The notes below the pieces were generated by a model. That model saw only the letters and a program-made list of their open reading frames with translations. It was not told the DNA's origin and searched no databases. This document shows positions 63,168 through 64,000 of a stretch of 64,000 nucleotides of DNA, in pieces; position 1 is the first letter of the stretch, and every line of letters begins with the position of its first letter. The translations under genes and the position numbers were made by a program. This DNA comes from Camelus ferus (Eukaryota): contig NC_045697.1 of NCBI RefSeq assembly GCF_009834535.1, positions 5,768,001 to 5,832,000 of the forward strand, in the 5' to 3' direction.

Positions 63168-63597
63168 GAACCAGTCGGGAAGAAGCCAGATCAGCAGCCA
63201 CTGGAGCATGTGGCCAGGCCACATGGGGAAAATGCCACCAGCGTTCCATCGTCCCAAGCAAATGAGAGCATGGCAGAGCCAGCTGAGGCCAAGAAGAATA
63301 AGAGAGAAAGGAAGGAGGAACGGCAGAAGAAGAGAAAAAAAGAAAAGAAAGAACTAAAACTGGAAAACCACCAGGAGAATTCAAAAAGTCAGAAGCCTAA
63401 AAAGCGCAAAGCGGGACAGGAGGCCGAGCAGGAGGCCAAAGGTGGGGATACCACCGAGGCCACCAGCCCCACGGGGAAGAAGCAGCAGAGGAAGGGGAGC
63501 AAGGCAGAGCGCGCCCGGCCCGGGGCTGTGGATGGAGCTGCGGAGGCCGGGGCGCCGCAAACCAGTCCAGGGAAGAGAAAGCGGAAGCATTCGGAAG
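63168..63597 (+). CDS. LYAR: LYAR coding exon 5 (Lys/Glu-rich coiled coil, basic NLS/NoLS-like clusters)
   Basis: AACAAG|GAACCA...TCGGAAG|GTATGT; EPVGKK...KKNKRERKEERQKKRKKEKKELKLENHQEN...GKRKRKHSE; lies within ORF 63114..63665; 430 nt. Confidence 0.92.
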
Positions 63598-63944
63598 GTA
63601 TGTGGCTCCCTGAGGCTCCAGGCTTTTGTTTGAGAACTTTTAAGCTGTGTATTTCAGTTACATAAAGTCTCTGAGACCTTGCATTTTGAACCAAGTAGGG
63701 CAAAAAGTGTAAGCTTTGGGAGCAGGCTTACCTGGGCTTCATGCGGGCAGATGAGAGCACCTCTCAACTCCCCAGTTTGCCATTTGCCCGGGGTAGGGGG
63801 AGGAGAAGTGGAGCTGGGGTGCCTGGGGAGTGAACACGGTGATGGATGGGAAGGGGCCTGGCCGGGTAAGCCTCTCATTAAGTGGAGCTGCTGTTATAAA
63901 TAGGAAATCTTTTTTTTTCTCCTTCAATTGTTTTAATTACTTAG

Positions 63945-64000
63945 TTGAAGCAGATTCAAAGAAGAAAAAGATTAAGCTCCCAGAACATTCTGAGGGTGGA
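63945..64000 (+). CDS. LYAR: LYAR coding exon 6 (cut by the window end)
   Basis: TACTTAG|TTGAAGCA; phase 1 gives VEADSKKKKIKLPEHSEGG, open to the edge. Confidence 0.9.
   Translation, partial: MKQIQRRKRLSSQNILRV

Noticed and set aside
1..64000. CRISPR arrays, operons, rRNA or other prokaryote-type systems
   Set aside because: The sequence is intron-containing mammalian DNA, and I saw no regularly spaced repeat-spacer array.

Overview
Mammalian genomic DNA, probably camelid (inferred from the tRNA-derived SINE family and L1 3' ends). The window holds two head-to-head genes sharing a CpG-island bidirectional promoter at about 50.0-50.9 kb. ZBTB49 (BTB domain plus 7 C2H2 fingers, minus strand) has a non-coding exon 1, seven coding exons (43324 to 23031) and a poly(A) signal at 22595-22600. 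LYAR (plus strand) has its ATG at 55638 and runs off the right edge inside a coding exon. All coding-exon junctions were read from the sequence, are GT-AG and keep phase. Bases 1-22 kb are repeat-rich intergenic DNA (MaLR/MLT1 solo LTRs, L1, L2, MIR) with a strong CTCF motif. The main anomaly is a 1-bp frameshift in the last ZBTB49 exon, which as written removes zinc finger 7 and the C-terminus; it is either an assembly error or a truncating allele. Other points are a uORF-bearing LYAR 5'UTR exon, a 253-nt pure pyrimidine tract next to a SINE tail, and several unusual L1 insertion structures. I found no convincing evidence of a wholly new biological system, and most ORFs in the supplied track are spurious.
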